Shown piece after piece: positions 26,303-36,593 of a stretch of 58,533 nucleotides of DNA (its first letter is position 1; each line of letters begins with the position of its first letter). The translations under genes were made by a program, and so were the position numbers. This DNA is from an uncultured Clostridia bacterium. GTDB lineage: Bacteria; Bacillota; Clostridia; TANB77; CAG-508. The DNA lies in assembly GCA_944391785.1 (NCBI GenBank), contig CALXUX010000012.1, positions 1 to 58,533 on the forward strand, written 5' to 3'. The notes beneath the pieces were generated by a model. It did not search any database, had not been told where the DNA came from, and saw only the letters and a list, made by a program, of their open reading frames with translations.

Positions 26303-28066
26303 TTACATTTTGTCTGGCATTTCTATTCCTAGTAATTTTGAACCTGCTTTTATTACAATTCCTGTTACATATGTTAAGAAAACACGTGCATCTTGGAGTT
26401 TTTTATCTTCACATATTATCTTATTTTCATTATAGAAATTACTATAACTTTGAGCAAGCTCTATTAAATATCTTGCAAGTAATGATGGTTCATTTTTCTG
26501 CACTACTGATTGTAAAATTTCGCTTAAATTATAAAGATTTTTTATAACATTTAAACTTGCTTCATCATTTAATAGATTAAAATCTAAATCTTTTAGATTT
26601 GGAATCTCTTCTACCTTTTCTAATACACTTTTAGTTCTTACATATATATATTGTATATATGGTCCTGTTTCTCCATTAAAATTTAGTACTAAATTCCAGT
26701 CAAAAATTTGATCTTTTATAATCGTAGTACATAAATTATTAAAAATTACTGCTCCTATGCCAATTTTTTTAGCATTTTCTTGCTTTTCTTCCATTTCAGG
26801 ATTTTTTTCATTTATTACATCTAGTACTCTTTTTATGGATTCAGCTAATAAATCATTTACTTTTATTACATTTCCTTCTCTTGTAGACATTCTTCCTGAT
26901 GCAACTCTTGTCATACCATATGCAACATGAGTTAATCCATCTGTATATTTTTTATCTAAACTTAAATATTTTGCAACTTCAAATATTTGTTTAAAATGTA
27001 AATTTTGTTCATATGCTACTACATATATACATTTATCAAAGTCATATGTTCTTGCTCTGTATAAAATTGCAGCTAAGTCTCTTGTTGCATATATTGAAGA
27101 TCCATTTGATTTACATATTATGCAAGGTGGCATTCCTTTGTCTGATAAGTCAACAATTTTTGCTCCTTCTGATTCTACTAATTTTCCGTTTTTTTCTAGG
27201 ATATCTATTACTTCTCCAGTTTTATCTGCATAAAATGCTTCTCCTTTTAATGAATCAAACTTTACTCCTAACATGTCATATGTTTTATCAAATTCTTTTA
27301 GGCTTAAACTTTTAAACTTTTCCCATAATTTTACACAATACTCATCACCATTTTCTAGCTTTTTAAAATTTTCTCTGCATTCTTCTAAAACTTTTTCATC
27401 TTGTTTGCATAAGTCATTTATTCTAATATATAATTTAGTTAATTCTTCTATTGGATTTTCGTCAAGATTATATTCATTTCCCCATCTTTTATATCCTTCT
27501 ATCATTTTTCCAAATTGCGTTCCATAATCTCCTAAATGGTTTATTCCTATTGTGTTATATCCACGGAATTTATAGATATTATATAATGCTGCACCAATTA
27601 CTGTTGTTCTTAAATGTCCTATATGGAATTCTTTTGCAATGTTTGGAGATGAGTATTCTACTATAACTGTTTTTCCTTTTCCTTCTTCTGATGAACCATA
27701 ATTTTCTTTTTTTAATTCAATTTCTTCTAATACTTCTTTTATTAATGTTTTTTTATTTACAAAAAAATTTAAATATCCACCTACTACTTCAATCTTTTCT
27801 ATTACATTATTATCAATTTGTATTTTTTCTTTTATGTCATTTGCTATTATTTGAGGTGATTTTTTTAATGTTTTTGCAATTTTAAAACATGGGAATGCAT
27901 AGTCACCATTTTCTTTATTATTTGGCTTTTCTATATATTCTTTTATGACATCTTTATTAATATCATCTGTTTTACTTATATTGCTTTCTTTTAAGTTATT
28001 TTCTAATATATCTATTATGCTTTCTGCTATATTTTCTTTAAAATCTATCATTTCCTTTTCTTCCAT
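26303..28066 (-). CDS. argS: arginine--tRNA ligase
   Basis: 587 aa. EYSSPNIAKEFHIGHLRTTVIG (HIGH), ...MSTREGNVI (KMSK-like), and C-terminal anticodon-binding domain ending ...GIEMPDKM. Confidence 0.95.
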   Translation of the reverse strand: MEEKEMIDFKENIAESIIDILENNLKESNISKTDDINKDVIKEYIEKPNNKENGDYAFPCFKIAKTLKKSPQIIANDIKEKIQIDNNVIEKIEVVGGYLNFFVNKKTLIKEVLEEIELKKENYGSSEEGKGKTVIVEYSSPNIAKEFHIGHLRTTVIGAALYNIYKFRGYNTIGINHLGDYGTQFGKMIEGYKRWGNEYNLDENPIEELTKLYIRINDLCKQDEKVLEECRENFKKLENGDEYCVKLWEKFKSLSLKEFDKTYDMLGVKFDSLKGEAFYADKTGEVIDILEKNGKLVESEGAKIVDLSDKGMPPCIICKSNGSSIYATRDLAAILYRARTYDFDKCIYVVAYEQNLHFKQIFEVAKYLSLDKKYTDGLTHVAYGMTRVASGRMSTREGNVIKVNDLLAESIKRVLDVINEKNPEMEEKQENAKKIGIGAVIFNNLCTTIIKDQIFDWNLVLNFNGETGPYIQYIYVRTKSVLEKVEEIPNLKDLDFNLLNDEASLNVIKNLYNLSEILQSVVQKNEPSLLARYLIELAQSYSNFYNENKIICEDKKLQDARVFLTYVTGIVIKAGSKLLGIEMPDKM

Positions 28067-28128
28067 TCTTTTTATTTATCTTTTAATTTCCTATTTATCT
28101 TTTCATTTCTTATTTATCTTTTAATTTA

Positions 28129-29136
28129 TTATTTATTCTGGCTTTTTATATAATTCCATGAATCTCTACACATATCTTCTAATGTTTTAGTTGCTTCCCA
28201 GCCAAGTTCTTCTTTTGCTTTTTTAGGGTCTGCATAACATTCTGCTATATCACCAGGTCTTCTTGGTGTAATTTTGTATGGAACTTTTTGGTTAGTAGCT
28301 TTTTCAAAAGATTTTACCATATCTAAAACACTGTATCCTTTTCCTGTTCCTAGATTATATATAAATAAACCTTTTCCTTCTTTTTTTAGTTTACTTAATG
28401 CTGCCACATGACCTTTTGCTAAATCTACTACATGTATAAAATCTCTTACTCCTGTTCCATCTTTTGTATTATAGTCATTTCCAAATACTGATAATTCCTT
28501 TAATTCTCCTGCTGCAACTCTTACTATATATGGCATTAGGTTATTTGGTATTCCTCTTGGTTCTTCTCCTATTAAACCACTTTTATGAGCTCCTACTGGG
28601 TTAAAATATCTTAATATACATATATCCCAAGTTGGATCTGAATTATATATGTCTTTTAATATTTGCTCTATATAATATTTTGTTGTACCATATGGGTTCG
28701 TTGTTCCTCCTGTTTTTGAATCTTCTGTTATTGGCACTTTTTCTGGATCACCATACACTGTTGCAGATGAACTAAATATAAATTTTTTTACATTGTGCTT
28801 TTTCATTGTTTCTAGCAATGTTAATGCTCCAGATATATTATTTTTATAATATTCTATAGGATTTTTTACAGATTCTCCTACTGATTTAAACCCAGCAAAA
28901 TTCATTACTGCATCTATTTTATTTTCTTCAAATACTTTATCTAGTTTTTCTTCGTCTAAATAATTTAACTCACAAAATTTAAAGTCTTTACCTGTTATTT
29001 CTTTTATTGCTTCTAATGATTTTTTATTGCTATTTGCAAAATTATCTATTATTATTATTTCTTCTCCTGCATTTAATAATTCAATTGCTGTATGGCTACC
29101 TATATATCCTGCTCCACCTGGTAATAAAATTTTCAT
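28129..29136 (-). CDS. galE: UDP-glucose 4-epimerase
   Basis: MKILLPGGAGYIGSH (GxxGxxG), SSSATVYG, YGTTKYYIE (YxxxK). 335 aa. Confidence 0.92.
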   Translation of the reverse strand: MKILLPGGAGYIGSHTAIELLNAGEEIIIIDNFANSNKKSLEAIKEITGKDFKFCELNYLDEEKLDKVFEENKIDAVMNFAGFKSVGESVKNPIEYYKNNISGALTLLETMKKHNVKKFIFSSSATVYGDPEKVPITEDSKTGGTTNPYGTTKYYIEQILKDIYNSDPTWDICILRYFNPVGAHKSGLIGEEPRGIPNNLMPYIVRVAAGELKELSVFGNDYNTKDGTGVRDFIHVVDLAKGHVAALSKLKKEGKGLFIYNLGTGKGYSVLDMVKSFEKATNQKVPYKITPRRPGDIAECYADPKKAKEELGWEATKTLEDMCRDSWNYIKSQNK

Positions 29137-29174
29137 TTTTTATTCATCCCTTCTTATCTAATTTTCATAAGTTT

Positions 29175-30575
29175 TTATTCTTTTTCTATTATTATTCCAT
29201 CTTTTGTGTCTTTTATTATATATCCTTTTTGCTTTATTTCTTCTCTTATTTTATCTGCTTTTTCCCAATTCTTATTTTGTTTTGCAATTTTTCTTTCTTC
29301 TGCAAGTTTTTGTATTTCTTCTGGAATTTCTTCTTGTATTCTATTTTCTGGTTTTTTGTCTATTTTTATTGCAAGTACTGTGTCAAATTTTAATAATAGT
29401 TCTGCAATTTTTTTGTTTTTCTTTGGGTATTTAATTAATTCCCATACATAACTCATTGCAAGTGGCATATTCATATCATCATTTATTGCTTTATGAAAGT
29501 TTTCTTCAATTTGATTTATATTTTTTTCATCTTCTTCATTTAAATTATCTTTTCCTTCACTATGTACTTTAAATCCTAGACGCAACCTCTCTAATGATTT
29601 TGAAGTTGCATCTATTGCATCCCAAGTAAAGTTTAGTTTCATTCTGTAACTACTTGTATAGCAAAATAATCTATATACTAATGGATCATATCCTTTCTCT
29701 ATAATATCTTTTAATAGATATACATTCCCAAGGCTTTTAGACATTTTGCCACCATCTACTAATAAGTATTCACCATGGATCCAATATCTTGCTGGAATTT
29801 TTCCTGTAGCTCCTTTGCTTTGGGCAATTTCATTTTCATGATGTGTTGGGATTAAATCTATTCCTCCTGTGTGTATATCAAATTCATCTCCTAAATGTTT
29901 TCTAGACATTGCTGAACATTCAATATGCCAACCTGGGTAGCTTTTACCCCATGGGCTATCCCATTTCATTAAGTGATTTTCTGGTGCTTTTATCCATAGT
30001 GCAAAATCGAATGGGTTTTTCTTTTCTGGGTCTACTTCTACCCTTGCTCCTGATTTTTGTTCTTCTAGATTTATTCCTGATAATATTCCATATTTATCTA
30101 GTTTTGATACATCAAAATAAATAGCAGTTGAAGTTTCGTATGCATATCCATTTTTCATTAATTCTTTTACATATTCTAGCATTTCATTTATATAGTCTGT
30201 TGCTTTACATATTATTTCTGGAGTTTCTACATTTAATTTTTCTAAATCTTCAAAAAATAATTTTGTATAGTGGTTTGCTATTTCTTCTGGAGATTTATGC
30301 TCTTCTTTTGCTGATTTTATCATTTTGTCTTCTCCTTCATCTCCATCAGAAACTAAGTGACCTACATCTGTTATGTTCATTACTTGTTTTATTTTGTAAC
30401 CATTATATTTAAGCATTCTTCTTAATACATCTTGAAATATATTTGTTCTTAAATTTCCTATTGTTGCATCTTTATATACTGTTGGGCCACAAGAATATAT
30501 TTTAACTTCGTTCTTATCTATTGGATAAAATTTTTCTTTTTTCTTTGTTAATGTATTTGTAAAATATATATCCAA
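29175..30575 (-). CDS. cysS: cysteine--tRNA ligase
   Basis: YSCGPTVYKDATIGNLR (HIGH-region variant), GWHIECSAM, KMSKSLGN. Confidence 0.95.
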   Translation of the reverse strand: MDIYFTNTLTKKKEKFYPIDKNEVKIYSCGPTVYKDATIGNLRTNIFQDVLRRMLKYNGYKIKQVMNITDVGHLVSDGDEGEDKMIKSAKEEHKSPEEIANHYTKLFFEDLEKLNVETPEIICKATDYINEMLEYVKELMKNGYAYETSTAIYFDVSKLDKYGILSGINLEEQKSGARVEVDPEKKNPFDFALWIKAPENHLMKWDSPWGKSYPGWHIECSAMSRKHLGDEFDIHTGGIDLIPTHHENEIAQSKGATGKIPARYWIHGEYLLVDGGKMSKSLGNVYLLKDIIEKGYDPLVYRLFCYTSSYRMKLNFTWDAIDATSKSLERLRLGFKVHSEGKDNLNEEDEKNINQIEENFHKAINDDMNMPLAMSYVWELIKYPKKNKKIAELLLKFDTVLAIKIDKKPENRIQEEIPEEIQKLAEERKIAKQNKNWEKADKIREEIKQKGYIIKDTKDGIIIEKE

Positions 30576-30602
30576 TTTTTTCTCTCCTTTCCTGAATTTA
30601 TT

Positions 30603-33368
30603 TTATCGAGTTGAATTTGTTCTTCCCGATGTATTTGTGTTATTTCCTGATGTATTTGTTCCTCCTCCTGATGTGTTTGTATTTCCACCTGTTTTATTTG
30701 TATTTCCGCCTGACGTGTTTGTATTTCCGCCTGATGTGTTTGTATTTCCTCCTGATGTATTTGTTCCTCCTCCTGATATGTTCGTATTTCCTCCTGTTTT
30801 ATTTGTGTTATTTCCTGATGTATTTGTATTGTTTCCTGGTTTTTTGTCTGTATTGTTTGTTGTATTATTGTTTTTTTCTGGTTCTTTGTGTATTGTGCAA
30901 GTTTCTGTTATTCTAGCATTTCCTTTTGCTGATGAACCTTGAATTGGTTTCCACAAACCTAATTCTTCTTTTGGTATTACTCCACCATAACTTCTATTTT
31001 CTGTATTTGGACAATATTCTGTTGCAACTTTTCCTGAATCTTTACATATTTTTTGAATTCCATGTCCTTCACAAGTTTCTGGTAAATTATCTTCTGTAAA
31101 TATTTCTGTATATTTGTCTGTGCAAGTTGATGTTGCTAAACATCCTGTTGTTCTACAAACTGTTTTTTCCACTATTCCACTTGGTTTATTAAATGTTTTA
31201 TTTTCTAAGCTTTTGTGTATATCTTTCATTATATTTGACCAGATTTGTCCTGCTGGGTTTGTTCCACTATATTTTACTTCTTCTGGTGTATCATATCCAA
31301 ACCAACATGCTGCTGAATAATATGGTGTCATTCCACAAAGCCATCTATCAAAGTTATCATCTGTTGTTCCTGTTTTAGCACATGTTTCTATTCCTGGTAT
31401 CTTACAATAAGTTGCTGTTCCATATGATGCTGTTACTGGTTCCATTGTAATTGATCTTGTTATATATGCATTTTGCTCTGATATTGCTCTTTGAGTTTCT
31501 TGGTTTGGTGTAAGTACTACATTTCCATTTATATCTGTAACTTTTGTATAAAATGTTGGTTCTATATATACTCCATCATTTGCAATTGTTCCATATGCTG
31601 CTGCCATTTCTAGTGGACTTATTCCATCTGTAATTCCTCCTAACGCTAGACCTAAAACATTATCTGTTTTTTCTTGCCCACTTGTGTCTTCTCCATCTTT
31701 ATATAATGTAGAAATACCCATTTTTCTTAAATAATCTATTGACTTATTTGGTGTTAATTCTCTCATTATTTTTACTGCTGGAACATTTTGTGATCTTCCT
31801 ATAAATTCTCTTATGCCTATTAATCCTTGATATCCTCTATCATTTTTTGGTTTATAATCTTTTCCAAATAATGTCCAAACATCATCATATACTGTTGCTG
31901 CTGTAATTACTTTTTCTTCTAATGCTGGTGCTACATCTGCTATTGGTTTAATTGATGATCCTGTTTGTCTTACCATCTGTGTTGCCCTATTCCATCCTGT
32001 AGCTGTTTGGTCTGTATTTAGTTCTCCTCCTACTGCTACAACATATCCAGTTGAATGATCTATTATTGCCATTCCTGCTTGAGCATGTTCATTTTTTAAA
32101 GTACCATCTGCATTTTTTTCTCTTCCTTTTAATTGATATGCTGTTTTTGCAAACTCTTGCTCTACTCTTGCTTGAATTTCTGTATTTACTGTTGAGTATA
32201 TTGTAAGTCCGCTTCCATATACATATTTTTCTGCAAACTCTCTTGATACATTTTTCTCTTCCATTACTTGTTCTACTACCTGATTTATTGTTGCTGATGT
32301 ATGATATGAATATGAACTTCCTGATACTATATTTCCTTTTGTAAATTGCAAACCTGCCTCTACCTTGGCAACTGCTGTATCATATTCATTTTGGTCTGTT
32401 ATATATCCTTGATCTAACATTTCTTTTAAAACTGTTAATGTCTTATTTTTTCTAAGTTCTGCAAGTTCTGTTTGATCTTTTGACTCATCATATGGATTAT
32501 AAGTATTTGGCGAACTATTTATTCCTGCTAAAAATGCACATTCTGCTAAGTCTAAGTCTTTTGCACTTTTTGCAAAATAGTATTGTGCTCCGAGTTCTAC
32601 TCCGTGAAGGTTATCTCCTCCAACAAATAAAATATTTAAGTATAATTCTAGTATTTGGTCTTTAGAAATCATTCTTTCTACTTGATATGCTTTTGCCCAT
32701 TCTCTTACTTTACGCATTATTCCTGCAAGCCCTGATGCATCATCATCACCTGTTATATTTTTAACTAATTGTTGTGTTATTGTACTTCCACCATATGATG
32801 AACTTCCTCTAAAAACTGTATTAAAAATTGCCCCTGCTGTTCTCCAAATATCTACACCACTATGTTCATAAAATCTTTTATCTTCTATTGCTATATATGC
32901 TTTTGGAAGATAAGCAGACATTTCGTCTAAAGTTACAATTTTTCTTTTTTCTTCTGTACTTAAATTTGCAATAACATTTCCATCTTGATCAACTACTACA
33001 GAATTTGCTATTCCGATTGTTAAATCTTCTTTTGTTATTTTAAAGTCATCACCAAACAATCCAAAAAATATTGCTGCAATAACTCCTGCTCCTATAACAC
33101 ATAATAAAAGTATTATAATTACTATAATTTTTAAAGCCATAGATAACTTTGGATGTCTTTCTGACCACTTTATCTTCTTACCATTTTTACTATTTTTGCT
33201 TCCTTTCTTTCCTTTAACGGTATTTACAACTTTTGTCTTATCATCAACTTTTTTCCAGTTGTTTACAGCTTTACTTTCTTCTCCTTTTCTATTTGGATTA
33301 GATGTTCTATATTGTCTTGTTTTCTCACTACCATTATTTTTTCTGTTCTTGTTACTTTTATTTGGCAT
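30603..33368 (-). CDS. class A penicillin-binding protein (glycosyltransferase 51 plus transpeptidase) with Cys-rich and G/N/T-repeat C-terminal extension
   Basis: IAIEDKRFYEHSGVD...GGSTITQQLVKN (GT51 motifs), TGSSIKP (SxxK), KTGTT. C-terminal approximately 150-160 aa is unrelated to PBPs. Confidence 0.9.
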   Translation of the reverse strand: MPNKSNKNRKNNGSEKTRQYRTSNPNRKGEESKAVNNWKKVDDKTKVVNTVKGKKGSKNSKNGKKIKWSERHPKLSMALKIIVIIILLLCVIGAGVIAAIFFGLFGDDFKITKEDLTIGIANSVVVDQDGNVIANLSTEEKRKIVTLDEMSAYLPKAYIAIEDKRFYEHSGVDIWRTAGAIFNTVFRGSSSYGGSTITQQLVKNITGDDDASGLAGIMRKVREWAKAYQVERMISKDQILELYLNILFVGGDNLHGVELGAQYYFAKSAKDLDLAECAFLAGINSSPNTYNPYDESKDQTELAELRKNKTLTVLKEMLDQGYITDQNEYDTAVAKVEAGLQFTKGNIVSGSSYSYHTSATINQVVEQVMEEKNVSREFAEKYVYGSGLTIYSTVNTEIQARVEQEFAKTAYQLKGREKNADGTLKNEHAQAGMAIIDHSTGYVVAVGGELNTDQTATGWNRATQMVRQTGSSIKPIADVAPALEEKVITAATVYDDVWTLFGKDYKPKNDRGYQGLIGIREFIGRSQNVPAVKIMRELTPNKSIDYLRKMGISTLYKDGEDTSGQEKTDNVLGLALGGITDGISPLEMAAAYGTIANDGVYIEPTFYTKVTDINGNVVLTPNQETQRAISEQNAYITRSITMEPVTASYGTATYCKIPGIETCAKTGTTDDNFDRWLCGMTPYYSAACWFGYDTPEEVKYSGTNPAGQIWSNIMKDIHKSLENKTFNKPSGIVEKTVCRTTGCLATSTCTDKYTEIFTEDNLPETCEGHGIQKICKDSGKVATEYCPNTENRSYGGVIPKEELGLWKPIQGSSAKGNARITETCTIHKEPEKNNNTTNNTDKKPGNNTNTSGNNTNKTGGNTNISGGGTNTSGGNTNTSGGNTNTSGGNTNKTGGNTNTSGGGTNTSGNNTNTSGRTNSTR
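30624..30842. repeat. in-frame coding tandem repeats (21-24 nt units) encoding (G)GNTNTSG reiterations
   Basis: Protein tail ...PGNNTNTSGNNTNKTGGNTNISGGGTNTSGGNTNTSGGNTNTSGGNTNKTGGNTNTSGGGTNTSGNNTNTSG. The DNA shows cctgatgt[ag]tttgt[at]... units. Confidence 0.85.
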
Positions 33369-33548
33369 AACAAATACCTCCTTGCCAATCTAAAATTCGA
33401 CAAATCAATTATATTATATTTTTAACAAAAAATAAAGCTTTTCACTAAATTTTTAAGGTATTTTTAAGTTTTTCCTGAATTTTTTCATATTTTCCTTAAA
33501 GCAAACCTTACTAACATTTCCACAACAAAACTTTAATCTATATTATTT

Positions 33549-33647
33549 ATGAACTTTGAAGAACGTCCCTAAAGTTCACCCAAAGTTCACACCAAATTTA
33601 AACTATGAACTTTGGAACGTCCCAAAAGTTCCCCAAAGTTCAGAATT
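33549..33647. repeat. two about 43-bp direct repeats, each containing GAACTTTG...CAAAGTTC inverted arms
   Basis: atgaactttgaagaacgtccctaaagttcacccaaagttcaca (33549-) and atgaactttggaacgtcccaaaagttccccaaagttcagaa (33605-). Lies in the spacer upstream of the PBP gene, and copy 2 overlaps the stop of ORF 33640..34536. Confidence 0.7.
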
Positions 33648-34536
33648 CCCCATTCTGAGTATACAATTTTTCAATCTTTAATTTATCATTCAAAATTTTC
33701 TCTCTCACATTCACATAAGGCTGTTCTTTATAAAATTCAGCTTCATAAACCTCTTTTGGAAAAAATTCATTATTTTCTACATCATATTGTTTTTCAGTTT
33801 TGAATGATATTTCATAATCATTTATTATTACCCCATTAAATCTTTTTTTATTTATTCTTATATTCCCCAAAATATTTACAATAATTGCATTTTCGTTCAC
33901 ATTATATTGATTTAACAATTCTTTTGGGAAGTCATAGTTTAATATTAATTTGGCTTTTGCAAGTGATTTTCTTTTGTTGTTTGCAATTACTAGCTGAATT
34001 CCCAAATTTTCTAATATATCTTCTGCTATCTTTTTTAAAGCTCCTATATGGTTTGTTATGATATTTACACTTTTATATTCTTTTGCAAATTCTTTTATAT
34101 TTTGAATTATTACATCTGTTAAATCATTTACTAATATATAAATGCTTGTCTCTTCTTTTTTCATTTTTTGTTTTTCCAAAATATATTCTAATACTTCATT
34201 TGATATTCTTTTGAATATCCATCTTCCATCTATTATTTCAAAATCTTTTTGATTTAAAATATCTATCATTTTTTGATATTTGTGCAAATTTTTACTTAAT
34301 ACTAATTTTTTGCTTGGTTTGTTTTTTAAGAGTTTTATAAGTTTATTTGTTATTTTTTCTTCTCTTTTTTCTATATTTTGCATACTTTTTTCTACTTTTA
34401 TATTTTCTTTGTTTTTTTTAAAAGTTTTTTTGTTTTCCTCTATTTTAGGTAAAAGGATTTTGTTTGAGTCTATTTCTATTTTTTTAAATATTTTTGTTGT
34501 TATATTAGGCTTGTCATTTTCTTGTATATAATACAT
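33640..34536 (-). CDS. hypothetical protein (298 aa, K/E/N-rich N-terminal half)
   Basis: Long ORF with coding-like composition. No motif recognised by eye. Confidence 0.5.
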   Translation of the reverse strand: MYYIQENDKPNITTKIFKKIEIDSNKILLPKIEENKKTFKKNKENIKVEKSMQNIEKREEKITNKLIKLLKNKPSKKLVLSKNLHKYQKMIDILNQKDFEIIDGRWIFKRISNEVLEYILEKQKMKKEETSIYILVNDLTDVIIQNIKEFAKEYKSVNIITNHIGALKKIAEDILENLGIQLVIANNKRKSLAKAKLILNYDFPKELLNQYNVNENAIIVNILGNIRINKKRFNGVIINDYEISFKTEKQYDVENNEFFPKEVYEAEFYKEQPYVNVREKILNDKLKIEKLYTQNGEF

Positions 34537-34620
34537 AAAATCACCTCACATTAAAATATATGTGAAGTGATTTTTTTATATGTCTTTTAATTTAATTTTT
34601 TTATAATTTATATTTTAACT

Positions 34621-34710
34621 TTTTTTTCTTTATTTTTTCTTTATTTGTTTTCTTTATTTTTTTCTTTATTTTTTTCTTTATTTTTTTCTTTCTTTTTTAT
34701 TTCTTTACTT
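34621..34710. repeat. low-complexity tandem repeat (ttttt[t]ctttat, about 12-bp period, about 7 units)
   Basis: Read directly from the sequence. Located in the spacer between the truB stop and the start of ORF 33640..34536. Confidence 0.7.
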
Positions 34711-34711
34711 T

Positions 34712-35611
34712 TTAAATTACAATATCTCTTTTTAATAAATAATTTTTTACTATTCCTAAACCAATAAATTTATTATTATATATTTTATATATTCCATCTT
34801 TTTTATTTGTTTTTAGTTTTACACCATTTATAAATTTAGCTAGAGTTACTTCATCAAGATTTATATTTTCTAAGTTATTAAACATTTCTTCTATTGTGAT
34901 ACATTTGTTTTCTAGATCCATTTTTAAGAATTCAATTTTTTCTTTGTTTTCAAGATTTTTTAATATTTCTTCTAGTTTTTCTATTTCAATTGCTTGGTCA
35001 ATTTGAAATTGTCCCACCTTTGTTCTTAATAAGTCATACATATATCCAATGGTTCCTAGGTCTTCTGCTATTTTTTCGCATAAACTTCTTATATATGTTC
35101 CTTTACTACATTGAACTTTGAATTTTATAGTTTTATCGTTTTGGTTAATTTCAAGTAGCTTTAAATTATATATATTAATTTTTCTTGGCTTTACTTCAAG
35201 ACTTTCACCTTTTCTTGCATATTCGTATAATTTTTTTCCATTTACTTTAATTGCCGAATACATTGGAGGTTTTTGCATCTTGATTCCTATATTTTTTGAA
35301 AAGACTTCTTCTATATTTTTTTTATTTAATATATTATCAGAAATTTTTTGCTCTTTTATAATTTTTCCTTCACTATCTGCTGTGTCTGTTTTTATTCCTA
35401 GTTTAAGAATAACTATATATTCTTTGTCATGATTTATTAGATATTTAGAACATTTTGTTGCATTACCTATTAAAATAGGTAAAACTCCTCTTGCCATTGG
35501 ATCTAATGTACCTGTGTGACCTACTTTTTCATTAAATATTTTTCTAACCTTATATACAACATCAAAAGATGTTATTCCTTTTGGTTTATTTACAATAATT
35601 ATTCCATTCAT
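34712..35611 (-). CDS. truB: tRNA pseudouridine(55) synthase
   Basis: MNGIIIVNKPKGITSFDVV...GHTGTLDPMARGVLPILIG (catalytic Asp motif). The start at Met37 of the tracked ORF overlaps the nrnA stop by 4 nt (ATGA). Confidence 0.92.
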   Translation of the reverse strand: MNGIIIVNKPKGITSFDVVYKVRKIFNEKVGHTGTLDPMARGVLPILIGNATKCSKYLINHDKEYIVILKLGIKTDTADSEGKIIKEQKISDNILNKKNIEEVFSKNIGIKMQKPPMYSAIKVNGKKLYEYARKGESLEVKPRKINIYNLKLLEINQNDKTIKFKVQCSKGTYIRSLCEKIAEDLGTIGYMYDLLRTKVGQFQIDQAIEIEKLEEILKNLENKEKIEFLKMDLENKCITIEEMFNNLENINLDEVTLAKFINGVKLKTNKKDGIYKIYNNKFIGLGIVKNYLLKRDIVI

Positions 35612-36555
35612 ATTACTTTTCTTATTTCTTTCATTATTTTTTCTTTTACTTGTTCTACATTTCCTTGGATTAGGGCTCCTGCTGCATTTGGATGTCCTCC
35701 ACCTCCAAATATATAGCATATGTCTGATACATTTATGTTGCCATTTGAACGCATTGATATTTTGTATGAGTTTTCATCTTTTTGTCTTATAAATACTGAT
35801 ATTTGTACTCCTTCTATACTTCTTCCATTTTCTACAATGCCTTCATGATCTCCTATTTCTGCATTTACTTCTTCTTCATCTTGTAATGTCATATAGGTAA
35901 ATGCTACTTTGCCATCTTCTAGTAATTCTAGTCTATTCATTGTTCTTTTCATTAGTTCGAAGTTTGATTTTGTTTTTGTTTCTAGTACTCTTTTATATAT
36001 TTCTGAAACATTTACTCCTTTTCTTAATAGTTCTGCTGTAAATTCAAATGTTTCTGGTGTTACACTTGAATATTTGAACCCCCCTGTGTCTGTTATTATT
36101 CCTGTAAGAATTGCTGTTCCTATATTTGTATCTATATTTATGTCAAAGTATTCGAACATTCCTGCTAGTATTTCACAACATGCTGGAGATACTGGGTTTA
36201 CAAAGTTTATATCTCCATACATTGTGTTACTTCCATGGTGGTCTATTACTATACCTTTTTTTGCTTCTTCAAAGTATTCTTTTCCTGATAATCTTTTTAA
36301 ATCTGCACAATCTAATGATATTGCTAAATCATAATTTTGTATTTCTGTTTCTTTTTTTACTTCATTTGCTCCTGGTAAAAATTCAAATGTTCTTGGATAT
36401 TCTTTTATTATTACATCTGATTTTTTTCCAAGTGTTTTTAGGGCAAGTAACATTGCTAAACTACTTCCTATTGCATCTCCATCTGGTGTTTCATGTGTTA
36501 ATATTATTATAGAATTTGCTTGTTTTATTTCTTCTAAAATATTATCTAATGTCAT
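35608..36555 (-). CDS. nrnA: DHH/DHHA1 phosphoesterase (oligoribonuclease/pAp phosphatase NrnA-like)
   Basis: ILTHETPDGDAIGS, SLDCAD, VIDHHGSN, GGGGHPNAAG. Confidence 0.85.
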   Translation of the reverse strand: MTLDNILEEIKQANSIIILTHETPDGDAIGSSLAMLLALKTLGKKSDVIIKEYPRTFEFLPGANEVKKETEIQNYDLAISLDCADLKRLSGKEYFEEAKKGIVIDHHGSNTMYGDINFVNPVSPACCEILAGMFEYFDINIDTNIGTAILTGIITDTGGFKYSSVTPETFEFTAELLRKGVNVSEIYKRVLETKTKSNFELMKRTMNRLELLEDGKVAFTYMTLQDEEEVNAEIGDHEGIVENGRSIEGVQISVFIRQKDENSYKISMRSNGNINVSDICYIFGGGGHPNAAGALIQGNVEQVKEKIMKEIRKVI

Positions 36556-36593
36556 ATGCTTTTTCCTTTCTTTTTTGATTCTGATTTTATAAT

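Noticed and set aside
30624-34710. Possible CRISPR arrays (tandem repeats at 30624-30842 and 34621-34710)
   Set aside because: The first set is in-frame coding repeats within the PBP gene, with no spacers. The second is a 12-bp low-complexity T-rich tract. There is no repeat-spacer architecture and there are no cas genes.
35612-35719. N-terminal 36-codon extension of the truB ORF
   Set aside because: It overlaps the conserved C-terminus of nrnA and encodes a basic low-complexity peptide. The conserved TruB N-terminus starts at Met37 with an ATGA stop-start overlap.
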